From assembly GCA_964596195.1 (NCBI GenBank), contig CAZQTN010000002.1, forward strand, positions 2,468-46,882: a DNA stretch of 44,415 nt, given 5' to 3'. The position numbers were made by a program, and so were the translations under genes. Under the pieces are notes generated by a model. That model was not told the DNA's origin. It did no database searches and saw nothing but the letters and a program-made list of their open reading frames with translations. This stretch comes from an uncultured Ruminococcus sp. GTDB lineage: Bacteria; Bacillota; Clostridia; Oscillospirales; CAG-272. Positions 1 to 8,405 of the stretch are shown here, piece after piece; position 1 is the first letter of the stretch; each line of letters starts with the position of its first letter.

Positions 1-828
1 TGGGAGATCTATATAGATGCTCGCACGATGGAAAAGTACCGTTCGCTTGACTCGTCGTATTCGCGTGCGATAATGGAAAGCATTGAGGGCGGTGACGAGC
101 CGAAATTCCGTATGTGCTCGGACGGTCGGTGTCCGCACCTTGACAAGCGCGGTCTTTGTAAAATCATTATCAACGAGGGCGAGGAATATCTGTCGGAGAT
201 ATGCCGCGAGCATCCGCGATTTTATAATGAGTCATCACGAGGTGTCGAGGTTGGACTCGGCATGGCGTGCGAGGAAGCAGCGCGGATCATACTATCGTCA
301 GACGCTTACTACAATTTTGAGGTCGTAGGCGAGATAGAGGGCGAGTGTGAGAGTGCGGAATTTGATGCGATCGGTGAAACCCGAAGGCTTTTTGGGCTCC
401 TCTCGTCGAATGAAAGCTACCCCGCTCGGCTTGCGCGCATATATGAGGAGTGGGGAGTATCTCCCGACAGACTTTCTAATGGCGAATGGCGCGAGCTGCT
501 TTCGGGGTTTGAGTATCTTGATGCGGCTCACGCGGATATGCTTTCTGTCTACTCATCAGAGGTTAATTCGTTTGGCGATGCGGACAAGCTTTGCGAGCGA
601 GCGCTGGCGTATTTTGTGTACCGTCATTGTGCCGCGGCGCGCGATGAGATGGACTTTTGCGCGTCGCTCGGTCTTGCGCTTTTTCTTGAGAGATTGTTTG
701 CTTCGGTGCTCGTGCGCGAAGGGGTAAAAAACCTTGACGGTGCCACCCGTGTCGCGCGAATTATATCCGAGGAGCTTGAATATTCCGAAGAAAACACCGA
801 TGTGATAAGGCAGGAATTCTGTTTTTGA
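1..828 (+). CDS. FliB-like lysine-N-methylase / Cys-cluster metal-chelating domain protein (5' end outside window)
   Basis: Frame 1 is open from nt 1 (WEIYIDART-MEKY...), so the ATG at 28 is internal. The motifs WEI.ID....KY and DGRCPHLDKRGLCKI..EGEEYLSEICREHPRF resemble the FliB/YkgJ-type cysteine-cluster family. TGA stop followed by a hairpin terminator. Confidence 0.55.
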   Translation, partial: WEIYIDARTMEKYRSLDSSYSRAIMESIEGGDEPKFRMCSDGRCPHLDKRGLCKIIINEGEEYLSEICREHPRFYNESSRGVEVGLGMACEEAARIILSSDAYYNFEVVGEIEGECESAEFDAIGETRRLFGLLSSNESYPARLARIYEEWGVSPDRLSNGEWRELLSGFEYLDAAHADMLSVYSSEVNSFGDADKLCERALAYFVYRHCAAARDEMDFCASLGLALFLERLFASVLVREGVKNLDGATRVARIISEELEYSEENTDVIRQEFCF

Positions 829-836
829 ATATAGAA

Positions 837-866
837 AAGGAGTGTCGGGTGACACTCCTTTTCTTG
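837..866. terminator. Bidirectional intrinsic terminator between convergent genes
   Basis: Stem AAGGAGTGTC (837-846) / GACACTCCTT (851-860), loop GGGT. A-run upstream and T-run downstream. Confidence 0.7.
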
Positions 867-875
867 TGCTGTTTC

Positions 876-1580
876 TTACAGCGACTCCACGAATGAAATT
901 ATTTGGCTGCTGATCATATCGTAGCCGTGCGAAGTGAGGTGCTGACCGTCTGAGTAGACCTTGCCTGCGGCTTTGTTCCCTTCGCGGTCGAGAGAGGGGT
1001 CGTAGTAGCAGAGGAGCGACGGGTTAACGGGGCAATTATCCCACAGGTTAAGGCAGGGTACACCTCATTTTTTGCATATCTGCTCAGCTATCTTGAAATA
1101 GTGACGGCGTTTGAAGTACTTGCCATCCCCATCGATGGGGCAACCCATCTTTTGTGCAATTATGAAGCCGATCTTCGCGTTTGGAAAGGTTGTCAGTGCT
1201 CTATAAAACATAGCTTCCATAGCATCGACGAACGTCGTGTCGTCGTAGCTGCCGCTAAAATCGTCTTCGATAAGCTTGCCGCATTTATCAGAGCCGATAC
1301 CGAGTAGATCCGCATCGTTCGTACCGCCCTCGAAAATTATGTAATCGACCTTGTCGTTCTTTTTCTGTATTTCTCCAACCGATCGGCTGACCCAATGGCG
1401 GCGTTGGCTGTTTGCGTAAAACAGCTCAGCGGTGACGGTTGCTCCGCTCATGCCGTAGTTATACCACTCCATTCCGAGAGCTTCACCTACTCTTGCCGCC
1501 CATCCGCGGCGCGCATCTGCACCCGCCTCACAGATGCTGTCACCCTCGAATACTATCGTTTTTCCCTTGAAGTTTTTCAT
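876..1580 (-). pseudogene. SGNH/GDSL-family hydrolase interrupted by an in-frame TGA at 1065-1067
   Basis: The N-terminal 171 aa carry block I (FEGDSICEAG) and block III (FEGGTNDA). After the TGA the same frame stays open for 62 more codons (GVPCLNLWDN...SDGQHLTSHGYDMISSQIISFVESL, TAA at 876-878). That tail contains the block V DxxH catalytic motif. Confidence 0.7.
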
Positions 1581-1733
1581 ATTTACTCCTTTAAAAAGCT
1601 TTCCTGGTTCGCTCTTGAATTATGATAGCACAAACGGATCTCAACATCAATACGTCAAAGCAAATTCCATTATTTTTGAAATTGCTGGTAATTTCAATCA
1701 AAAATTGCTTGAGCGAGAAAATTTCTCTGTGTA

Positions 1734-1762
1734 TTGATTTATTCAAAATCCTATGATATACT
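1734..1762 (+). promoter_or_regulatory. Sigma-A type promoter for the glycoside hydrolase operon
   Basis: TTGATT (1734-1739), 17-nt spacer, TATACT (1757-1762), about 35 nt upstream of the ATG at 1798. Confidence 0.45.
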
Positions 1763-1797
1763 TGTGTTAAAAACATAAACACAAAAAGAGGTAGCGT

Positions 1798-3663
1798 ATG
1801 GAATTTATTTTAGGATGCAATTATTGGGCGTCCAATGCAGGCGCGGATATGTGGCGCTTTTTTGATGCTGACGTTATTCGCGAGGATCTCGGGGTGCTTG
1901 CGGAGCATGGAGTAACGCATATGAGGGTGTTCCCGAACTGGCGTGATTTTCAGCCTGTACAGCCACTTTACGCTGGACGCGGCGAGCTTGTTGGGTACTG
2001 CCTCGAGGGCGATCGCGATACTGAGAACGGGTATTTCCTCGATGAGAAAATGCTTGAAAATTTCGATACGTTTCTTGATATTTGCGACCAAAACGGCATA
2101 AAGATCATCGTCGGACTCATAACGGGCTGGATGAGCGGACGCCTTTACGTTCCCACGGCGCTCTTTGGTAAAAACGTGATCACGGATCCCACAGCCGTAT
2201 ACTTCGAGCAGCTATTTATCAAGGGCTTTGTGTCAAGGTTTAAGTCGAGGACGGCAATTTACGCATGGGATCTTGGCAACGAATGTAACTGTATGGGTGA
2301 GGCTGACAGGATCTGCGCGGTAAACTGGACGGCAACTATCGCAAACGCCATACGCGCACTCGACCCCGACCGACAGATCGTTTCGGGTATGCACGGCCTT
2401 GGCGTTGAGCCGAGTGCTGCGTGGCAGATCAGAGATCAGGCGGAGTGGAACGATATACTCACGACTCATCCGTACGCATATTGGTGTTCCTATACCAAAA
2501 ATGACAAGATGCTGTCTCTGCGAACGACGATGCACGCGACCGCGCAGAACAAGTATTACGCCGAGTGCGGCGGCAAGCCCTGTATGGCCGAGGAGATCGG
2601 CACGATGGGGCCGATGCTTGCATCAAACGAGACCTCGGCGCGCTTTTTAAGGACAAGTCTTTTCTCCCTTTGGTCAAACGACTCGGTCGGAGTGATGTGG
2701 TGGTGTGCGCATGAGCAGACGATGCTCACAGCATTTCCGTATTCGGCGAACATGGTGGAGACGGAGCTTGGGCTGCTTAACCCCGATCGCTCACCGAAGC
2801 CCGTTATGCTGGAGATAAAGCGCTTTTCCGAGTTTTTAAGGTCCTTAGACTTTGATCTTCCGCCCGCACGCACCGATGCGGTGTGCCTTCTTTCTCACGG
2901 TCAGCGCCAGTGGGGGATTTGCTACGCGACGCATATACTTGCACGCCAAGCGGGGATCAACCTGCGCTTTGCCTATGCTGACGATGGCATTCCCGACGCC
3001 GACACTTACCTGCTTCCGTCAGTCAACGGAATTGAGGTTATGAGTTCAAGGCGCTATAACGAGCTGCGTGAGCGCGTCAAGAATGGCGCAAAACTCTATA
3101 TATCAATGAACAACGGCGTTCTCTCTGAGCTCGAGGCTCTTACGGGCGTGCGCGTGGTTGACTCATACGAGTCTCCGGAGCAGAGGAGCTTTACCCTTGA
3201 CGGAGAGAAGTATTCCTTCCGTACCAAGCGCACCTTTATTCTTGAGTCCGTGGGGGCTGACGTAATAGCGCGCGATGAGTGCGGTAACCCCGTGATCAGC
3301 GAATATACCTATGGCAAGGGCAGAGTGACGTACTTCAACTTTCCGCTTGAGGATAACCGCGTTGACGGTCATAACGAGTTTGACGGCAACTATCACAAGC
3401 TTTACTCACGCGTGTTCGGTCACCTTGCGGAAAAGCAACCGATAAGAATATCGGGCGCGGGCGTTTATACCACCCTGCACGGCGAGGGTGACGTGGTATA
3501 TGCAATATCGGTCAATCATTCCGACACAGAAGCAAGCATCGAGATCGCGTGCGACGGATATGCGCTAAACCGTGTGATATACGGTAGCGCCGATACGGTC
3601 GGCGCATACGATGCCGCGGTGCTTGAATTTAAGAAAAATAGGGTGGAAATGTGGAATACTTAA
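1798..3663 (+). CDS. Clan GH-A (beta/alpha)8 glycoside hydrolase (GH5/GH42-like), no signal peptide
   Basis: 621-aa ORF with RBS AGAGG. N-terminal GCNYWASNAG...HMRVFPNWRDFQP, candidate acid/base WDLGNECN and candidate nucleophile MAEEIGT are typical of cellulase-superfamily TIM barrels. A non-catalytic C-terminal domain of about 250 aa follows. Confidence 0.55.
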   Translation: MEFILGCNYWASNAGADMWRFFDADVIREDLGVLAEHGVTHMRVFPNWRDFQPVQPLYAGRGELVGYCLEGDRDTENGYFLDEKMLENFDTFLDICDQNGIKIIVGLITGWMSGRLYVPTALFGKNVITDPTAVYFEQLFIKGFVSRFKSRTAIYAWDLGNECNCMGEADRICAVNWTATIANAIRALDPDRQIVSGMHGLGVEPSAAWQIRDQAEWNDILTTHPYAYWCSYTKNDKMLSLRTTMHATAQNKYYAECGGKPCMAEEIGTMGPMLASNETSARFLRTSLFSLWSNDSVGVMWWCAHEQTMLTAFPYSANMVETELGLLNPDRSPKPVMLEIKRFSEFLRSLDFDLPPARTDAVCLLSHGQRQWGICYATHILARQAGINLRFAYADDGIPDADTYLLPSVNGIEVMSSRRYNELRERVKNGAKLYISMNNGVLSELEALTGVRVVDSYESPEQRSFTLDGEKYSFRTKRTFILESVGADVIARDECGNPVISEYTYGKGRVTYFNFPLEDNRVDGHNEFDGNYHKLYSRVFGHLAEKQPIRISGAGVYTTLHGEGDVVYAISVNHSDTEASIEIACDGYALNRVIYGSADTVGAYDAAVLEFKKNRVEMWNT

Positions 3664-4457
3664 TAGCAATAGATATGGAGGGCATTCACGGGGTTGTCGG
3701 TCAGCCTTACGTTGGACTTCTGCGTGATATACCCGATTATAAAATAGCGGTTGAAAATGGCACAAAAGAGGTCAACGCCGCAGTGAAAGCGCTGTTTGAT
3801 AGTGGCGCAACGAAGGTTGCCGTGTGGGACAATCACGGCGGCGGCGGAAACCTCGATTTTGAAAAGATAGACCCCCGTGTAACGAAAATCAACTCGAAAG
3901 GCGATAAATTTCGCTTTGATTTTGCAAAGGATCACGACTTTTGCGGCATAGTTTACCTTGGCTATCACGCAAGGGAGGGCACACTCGGCGCGGTGCTTGC
4001 ACACACTTACAGCTCGGTTGCCATTCAGTATGCAAAGCTCGACGGGGTGGCGGTAGGTGAATTGGAGCTTGACACTTATATTGCCGCGACCTACGGTATT
4101 GTACCCCTGTTCTCGGCGAGCGACGACATCTGCAACGCGCAGTTCTCGGCTCTTGCACCCGATGCCGTTACCGTGACGACCAAATACGCCAAGGGCAGGA
4201 ATGCCGCCGATTTCAGAGATGAGGATGAGGTGCTCCGCGAGATATACGACGGCGTTTGTGCCGCGGTAAAAAAGAGCCCCTCCGCCGTTGGTTATCCAGT
4301 GCCTGCAAGCGCGGAGATCAGATACACCCGTATGGAGTTCGCGGCTGAGAAGCTCGCGCGCGAGGCTGAGCTTGGCATTTCTTGCGAGTATGGCGAAGAT
4401 GCACATATACTTAAATTTACTGTCGATTCGCTCGCTCAGGTCGTTGCTATGCTCTGA
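3651..4457 (+). CDS. Peptidase M55 (DppA-type D-aminopeptidase) family protein
   Basis: GTG start overlaps the upstream stop by 13 nt, with RBS GGGTGGA. The N-terminus EYLIAIDMEGIHGV and WDNHGGGGN match the DppA/M55 pattern. Confidence 0.6.
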   Translation: MEYLIAIDMEGIHGVVGQPYVGLLRDIPDYKIAVENGTKEVNAAVKALFDSGATKVAVWDNHGGGGNLDFEKIDPRVTKINSKGDKFRFDFAKDHDFCGIVYLGYHAREGTLGAVLAHTYSSVAIQYAKLDGVAVGELELDTYIAATYGIVPLFSASDDICNAQFSALAPDAVTVTTKYAKGRNAADFRDEDEVLREIYDGVCAAVKKSPSAVGYPVPASAEIRYTRMEFAAEKLAREAELGISCEYGEDAHILKFTVDSLAQVVAML

Positions 4458-4472
4458 TAAAAGGGTGGATAT

Positions 4473-5222
4473 ATGAAACAGACCGAAATTTTAGTCAGAT
4501 CAACGCTTGACGGAACGCTTCAGCCGTCTCTTTTCTACCGTGCGAGCACGCCCGGGCGGCCGCTCCTTGTCGGGCTTCACACCTGGAGCTTTGATCGGTT
4601 TAATCAGATAGGAAATATGCTTCCCTTTGCCGAGGAGCTCGATTTCAACCTGCTCCTGCCGGAGTTCAGGGGGCCAAATCTGCCGTCAAATCCGAACGCG
4701 CGTTATGCCTGCGGCTCAGAATATGCAAAGCGGGATATTAAGGACGCGATCGACTACGTGATAGAGAATGAGAGAGTTGACAGGGGCAACGTCTTTTTAC
4801 TCGGCTTGTCGGGCGGCGGTCATATGGCTCTGCTTATGGCAGGGTACTGCCCCGAGTGCTTCAAGGCTATCGGTGCTTTCGTGCCGATCTGCGATCTTGT
4901 CGGATGGACTGAGGAAAACGCAGGATACAAGCCGCACGTTATCGCTTGCTGTGGCACAGAGGATGAAATGCTCCGCCGCTCACCGATCAGCTACGTTGAT
5001 ACGATAGCGAGGGCAAACCTCAAGATCTTTCACGGAAAGTACGACTCCTGTGTGCCCGTAACGCAGAGTATGAGACTATATGAAACGGTCTTTAAAAAAC
5101 ATCCACGTTCGCGTGTTTTTCTAGACATTTTCGACGGCGGGCACGAAATTGATATGAAGGTCGCTATGTATTGGCTTTTGTCGCAATATAAGGGTAGCGA
5201 CAAGACGAATGTTACGGGATAA
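4473..5222 (+). CDS. Alpha/beta-hydrolase (S9 peptidase / esterase-like)
   Basis: RBS GGGTGGA 3 nt before the ATG. Nucleophile elbow GLSGGGH, a later HGKYDSCVP (Asp) and DGGHE (His) suggest a Ser-Asp-His triad. Confidence 0.55.
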   Translation: MKQTEILVRSTLDGTLQPSLFYRASTPGRPLLVGLHTWSFDRFNQIGNMLPFAEELDFNLLLPEFRGPNLPSNPNARYACGSEYAKRDIKDAIDYVIENERVDRGNVFLLGLSGGGHMALLMAGYCPECFKAIGAFVPICDLVGWTEENAGYKPHVIACCGTEDEMLRRSPISYVDTIARANLKIFHGKYDSCVPVTQSMRLYETVFKKHPRSRVFLDIFDGGHEIDMKVAMYWLLSQYKGSDKTNVTG

Positions 5223-5300
5223 CTTCACACGGGTGTTGGTATAACCTTGAAAAATGTAAACAAATAGTTGCATAAACAATTAAAAGGAGGTAAAAAGAAG

Positions 5301-6626
5301 ATGAAACGGTTTATTTCTCCGATCAATCTTTTGTATTTTGGGCTTTTGAGCCTTGTTGCAAACGCTTACGTGCTTATCGATCTGTCACTTCTGACGCTGC
5401 TTTTTATCGTGCCGGCGCTCATCTTTTTGAACCTCTACGCCGGCACGATAACCTCGCAGACCAAAAGTATGCGTCTGCGCATTTGTCACCACGGCGGAGT
5501 ACTGCTTGGGGCATTCGCTATGTCGCTGGTGGTGTCCGTTCTCTTTCACGCCGTGCTTGCAATATTTACCTATAAAAGTAATCTGCCCTTGCTTATCAAG
5601 AGCGCGGAGTGGTGCATCGGTGTCTCGGAGCTGATATTCTGGAACGGTATGCTCTGCGTGTACGCAACCTCGAAGCAGATGGGCGTCAAGTGGCGCATCA
5701 TAGGTGCGATATGCGGTATGGTGCCCGTGATCAACATTATCGCGCTGAGCATTATTATCAATATAGTGATGGACGAGATAGAATACTCGCTTGAGCGCGA
5801 GCACATCGAGGAAAAGGGCGAGGCCGAAAGATGTAAGACCAAGTACCCGATACTCTTTGTTCACGGCGTGTTCTTCCGTGACTCGAAGCACTTTAACTAT
5901 TGGGGCAGGATACCACGCTCTCTCAAGGCACGCGGCGCGACCGTCTATTACGGAGAGCACCAATCGGCCCTTGCGGTTGCGGACAGCGGTCACGAGCTTG
6001 CCGCGAGGATCAGATACATACTCGACCGCTACGGCTGCGAAAAGGTGAACATAATCGCCCACTCCAAGGGCGGTCTCGACTGTCGCTACGCTATTTCCGA
6101 GTACGGCATTGCACCCTACGTTGCATCTCTTACTACGATAAACACGCCGCATAGGGGTTGTCTGTTTGCGGACAGGCTGCTTTCTCTTGCCTCGAACAGA
6201 CTAAAGAAATGCGTATCCACCGCGTACAACGTAACTCTGCGCGACCTCGGTGACGAGGACCCCGATTTTATGGCGGCGGTCACTGACCTTACGGCGGCGG
6301 AGTGCAACAAGCGAAACGAGAAATTGACCTTCCCGGACGGCATCTATGCGCAAAGCGTCGGCTCGGTTCTTCAAAAATGGCACACGGGACAATTTCCGCT
6401 CAATCTGTCTTATCACTACGTGAAAAAGTATGACGGTCAGAACGACGGTCTCGTCGGCGAGAGCTCTTTCTCCTGGGGAGAGAAATACACCCTCATCAAG
6501 GTTGAGGGAAAGCACGGCGTTTCTCATTGTGACGTGATCGATCTGACGCGCGCCGACCTTAAGTACTTCGACGTTCTGGAGTTCTATTCAAACCTTGTTG
6601 AGGATCTGAAAAACAGGGGATTATAA
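5301..6626 (+). CDS. Membrane-anchored triacylglycerol lipase-like alpha/beta hydrolase
   Basis: Preferred start is the ATG at 5301, 9 nt after AAGGAGG; the track ORF starts at 5268. The first ~170 aa form several hydrophobic helices. The C-terminal part has YPILFVHGVFF and IIAHSKGGLD (lipase class 2 GxSxG). Confidence 0.6.
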   Translation: MKRFISPINLLYFGLLSLVANAYVLIDLSLLTLLFIVPALIFLNLYAGTITSQTKSMRLRICHHGGVLLGAFAMSLVVSVLFHAVLAIFTYKSNLPLLIKSAEWCIGVSELIFWNGMLCVYATSKQMGVKWRIIGAICGMVPVINIIALSIIINIVMDEIEYSLEREHIEEKGEAERCKTKYPILFVHGVFFRDSKHFNYWGRIPRSLKARGATVYYGEHQSALAVADSGHELAARIRYILDRYGCEKVNIIAHSKGGLDCRYAISEYGIAPYVASLTTINTPHRGCLFADRLLSLASNRLKKCVSTAYNVTLRDLGDEDPDFMAAVTDLTAAECNKRNEKLTFPDGIYAQSVGSVLQKWHTGQFPLNLSYHYVKKYDGQNDGLVGESSFSWGEKYTLIKVEGKHGVSHCDVIDLTRADLKYFDVLEFYSNLVEDLKNRGL

Positions 6627-6688
6627 TATTGAAAAAAGTTACACGGGTGCCTGCTTTTGGCATCGTGATTAGGTTGCAAACGACCGGA

Positions 6689-6726
6689 GGCGGCCGAGGA
6701 ATATACTCCCTCGGCCGCCTTTTATT
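6689..6726 (+). terminator. Intrinsic terminator after the lipase gene
   Basis: GGCGGCCGAGG (6689-6699) pairs with CCTCGGCCGCC (6709-6719), followed by TTTTATT. Confidence 0.8.
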
Positions 6727-6730
6727 ACAT

Positions 6731-6759
6731 TTGAACAACAGTCTTGAAAATGGTATAAT
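6731..6759 (+). promoter_or_regulatory. Sigma-A type promoter upstream of the LysM-CAP gene
   Basis: TTGAAC (6731-6736), 17-nt spacer, TATAAT (6754-6759). Confidence 0.5.
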
Positions 6760-6930
6760 TATATTGCTTTGGCGGCAGGGCACTTATGTTGTGCCTGTTT
6801 TATTTTGTCGCTTTTGCAAAATTTGAGAAAGGAGAAAATTGGTCGCCTTGCGTGCGACCATCTAGGCAATCGCAACGTATTCGAATTAAGTTGCGCTTGC
6901 CTAAAAGAAAAAAGAAAAGGAGATTTCAAA

Positions 6931-7548
6931 TTGAAAAGAATTTTAACAGTTTTACTTTGTACAGTTATGCTGTTCGGAGCGCTTGCATCAGGGGTGCGAG
7001 TCTCTGCCGCCACTACCACGCATACCGTCGTTAAGGGCGACACTATGTGGCGCATCGCAGTCAAATACGAGGTCGGCATCTCGGAATTGAAGAGCGCAAA
7101 TACACACATTAAAAATTACGATCTTATCTACCCCGGTCAGAGGATCAATATCCCCTCGCTTGACTCGTCCGTGAGTGCATACGAGCAGGAGGTAGTTCGC
7201 CTCGTTAACGAGATCCGCAAGGAGAACGGGCTTAGCGCCCTTACCCACGATTGGGAGCTCTCTCGCGTGGCAAGATATAAGTCGCAGGATATGCGCGACC
7301 TCGCATACTTCTCGCACACAAGTCCGACGTACGGCTCCCCCTTTGATATGATGAAGAGCTTTGGAATTTCATATAGAACGGCAGGCGAGAATATCGCCAA
7401 GGGATACAAGACCCCTGCGGCCGTCGTTGACGGGTGGATGAACTCGTCCGGCCACCGCGCAAATATACTTAATTCGTCCTTCACGCACATCGGTGTAGGC
7501 TACGTTGCAAGCGGCAACTATTGGACGCAGATGTTTGTGGGAAGATAA
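6931..7548 (+). CDS. Secreted LysM + CAP/SCP (YkwD-like) domain protein
   Basis: Preferred TTG start at 6931, 8 nt after AAAAGGAG, gives the signal peptide LKRILTVLLCTVMLFGALASGVRVSA. LysM motif HTVVKGDTMWRIAVKY...YPGQRINIP. CAP domain motifs GENIA...GWMNSSGHRANIL...HIGVGY. Confidence 0.7.
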   Translation: MKRILTVLLCTVMLFGALASGVRVSAATTTHTVVKGDTMWRIAVKYEVGISELKSANTHIKNYDLIYPGQRINIPSLDSSVSAYEQEVVRLVNEIRKENGLSALTHDWELSRVARYKSQDMRDLAYFSHTSPTYGSPFDMMKSFGISYRTAGENIAKGYKTPAAVVDGWMNSSGHRANILNSSFTHIGVGYVASGNYWTQMFVGR

Positions 7549-7563
7549 ATTCAAGCTTGGGCG

Positions 7564-7592
7564 TTGACATTTGAGTCGTGTTGGGTTATAAT
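7564..7592 (+). promoter_or_regulatory. Canonical sigma-A promoter for the histidine phosphatase / large surface protein unit
   Basis: TTGACA (7564-7569), 17-nt spacer, TATAAT (7587-7592). Confidence 0.6.
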
Positions 7593-7629
7593 TATTATAT
7601 CTTTGATATAAAAGGAGAGATAATATAAA

Positions 7630-8340
7630 ATGCTTTTCTTCTACGTACGACACGGAGACCCGATATACGACCCCGATTCGCTGACTCCCCTCGGGCACAG
7701 ACAGGCCGAGGCCGTGGCGAAGAGGCTGGCAACCTTCGGTCTTGACGAGATATACGCCTCAACCTCAAATCGCGCGGTGCTCACCGCAACTCCGACCTCC
7801 GAGCTTACCAAAAAGACGATCACCAAGCTCGATTGGGCGAACGAGGGACACGCGTGGGACGAGCTTACGGTAAAGACCCCCGAGGGCAAGCGCTGGCTCT
7901 TCCACAGGACCGAAATGAAGGAGCTTTTCCACACCCCCGAGATCAAGGCTCTCGGCTTTGAGTGGTATAAGCATCCCGCATTTGCAGAGTATGATTACAA
8001 GGGCGGCATCGAGCGCATTCAGCGCGAGTCGGATGCATTCTTTGAGTCGCTCGGTTACAAGCACGAGGGTGGCGGAAAGTACAAGGTGGTCGCGAAAAAT
8101 GACAAGCGTGTGGCGCTTTTTGCGCACCAAGGCTTCGGATTGGCGTTCCTTTCCTGCGTTTTGGCTATACCTTACCCCATGTTTTGCTCGCACTTTGACC
8201 TCGGCCTTACGAGCGTGACGGTCATCAACTTCGCGGAGGAGAACGGATACGCCTATCCAAGGGTACTGACCTATTCCAACGACTCGCACATATACAGAGA
8301 AGGCTTGCCCACTAAAGGAGCAAATTATATAAGCTATTGA
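7630..8340 (+). CDS. Histidine phosphatase (phosphoglycerate mutase-like) family protein
   Basis: RBS AAGGAGAG. The N-terminal FYVRHGDPIYDP...LTPLGHRQAE contains the RHG catalytic motif. Confidence 0.65.
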   Translation: MLFFYVRHGDPIYDPDSLTPLGHRQAEAVAKRLATFGLDEIYASTSNRAVLTATPTSELTKKTITKLDWANEGHAWDELTVKTPEGKRWLFHRTEMKELFHTPEIKALGFEWYKHPAFAEYDYKGGIERIQRESDAFFESLGYKHEGGGKYKVVAKNDKRVALFAHQGFGLAFLSCVLAIPYPMFCSHFDLGLTSVTVINFAEENGYAYPRVLTYSNDSHIYREGLPTKGANYISY

Positions 8341-8405
8341 TGAGATACATGAGAAATCTATCAAGCATTTGCGCGGTCGCTAAAAGCGACAGAATGGAGA
8401 TTAAA

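Noticed and set aside
1065-1067. Possibility that the in-frame TGA in the SGNH hydrolase encodes selenocysteine or reflects an alternative genetic code.
   Set aside because: Other genes in the window terminate at TGA (fliB-like at 826-828 directly before a terminator; M55 at 4455-4457). I see only a weak 5-bp TTAAC/GTTAA pairing downstream, not a convincing SECIS hairpin. Homologs normally have an aromatic residue here, so a TGG-to-TGA change is the simplest explanation.
6769-6930. The 54-codon N-terminal extension of the LysM-CAP ORF given in the track.
   Set aside because: The extension is Cys-rich and not signal-like, and it overlaps predicted leader hairpins. The TTG at 6931 has a strong AAAAGGAG RBS and starts a proper signal peptide.
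8337-8405. The upstream ATG (8337), which overlaps the histidine phosphatase stop, as the start of the large surface protein.
   Set aside because: The ATG at 8406 has a GGAG at proper spacing and yields a canonical signal peptide at the extreme N-terminus. The upstream extension (MMRYMRNLSSICAVAKSDRMEIK) would bury it.
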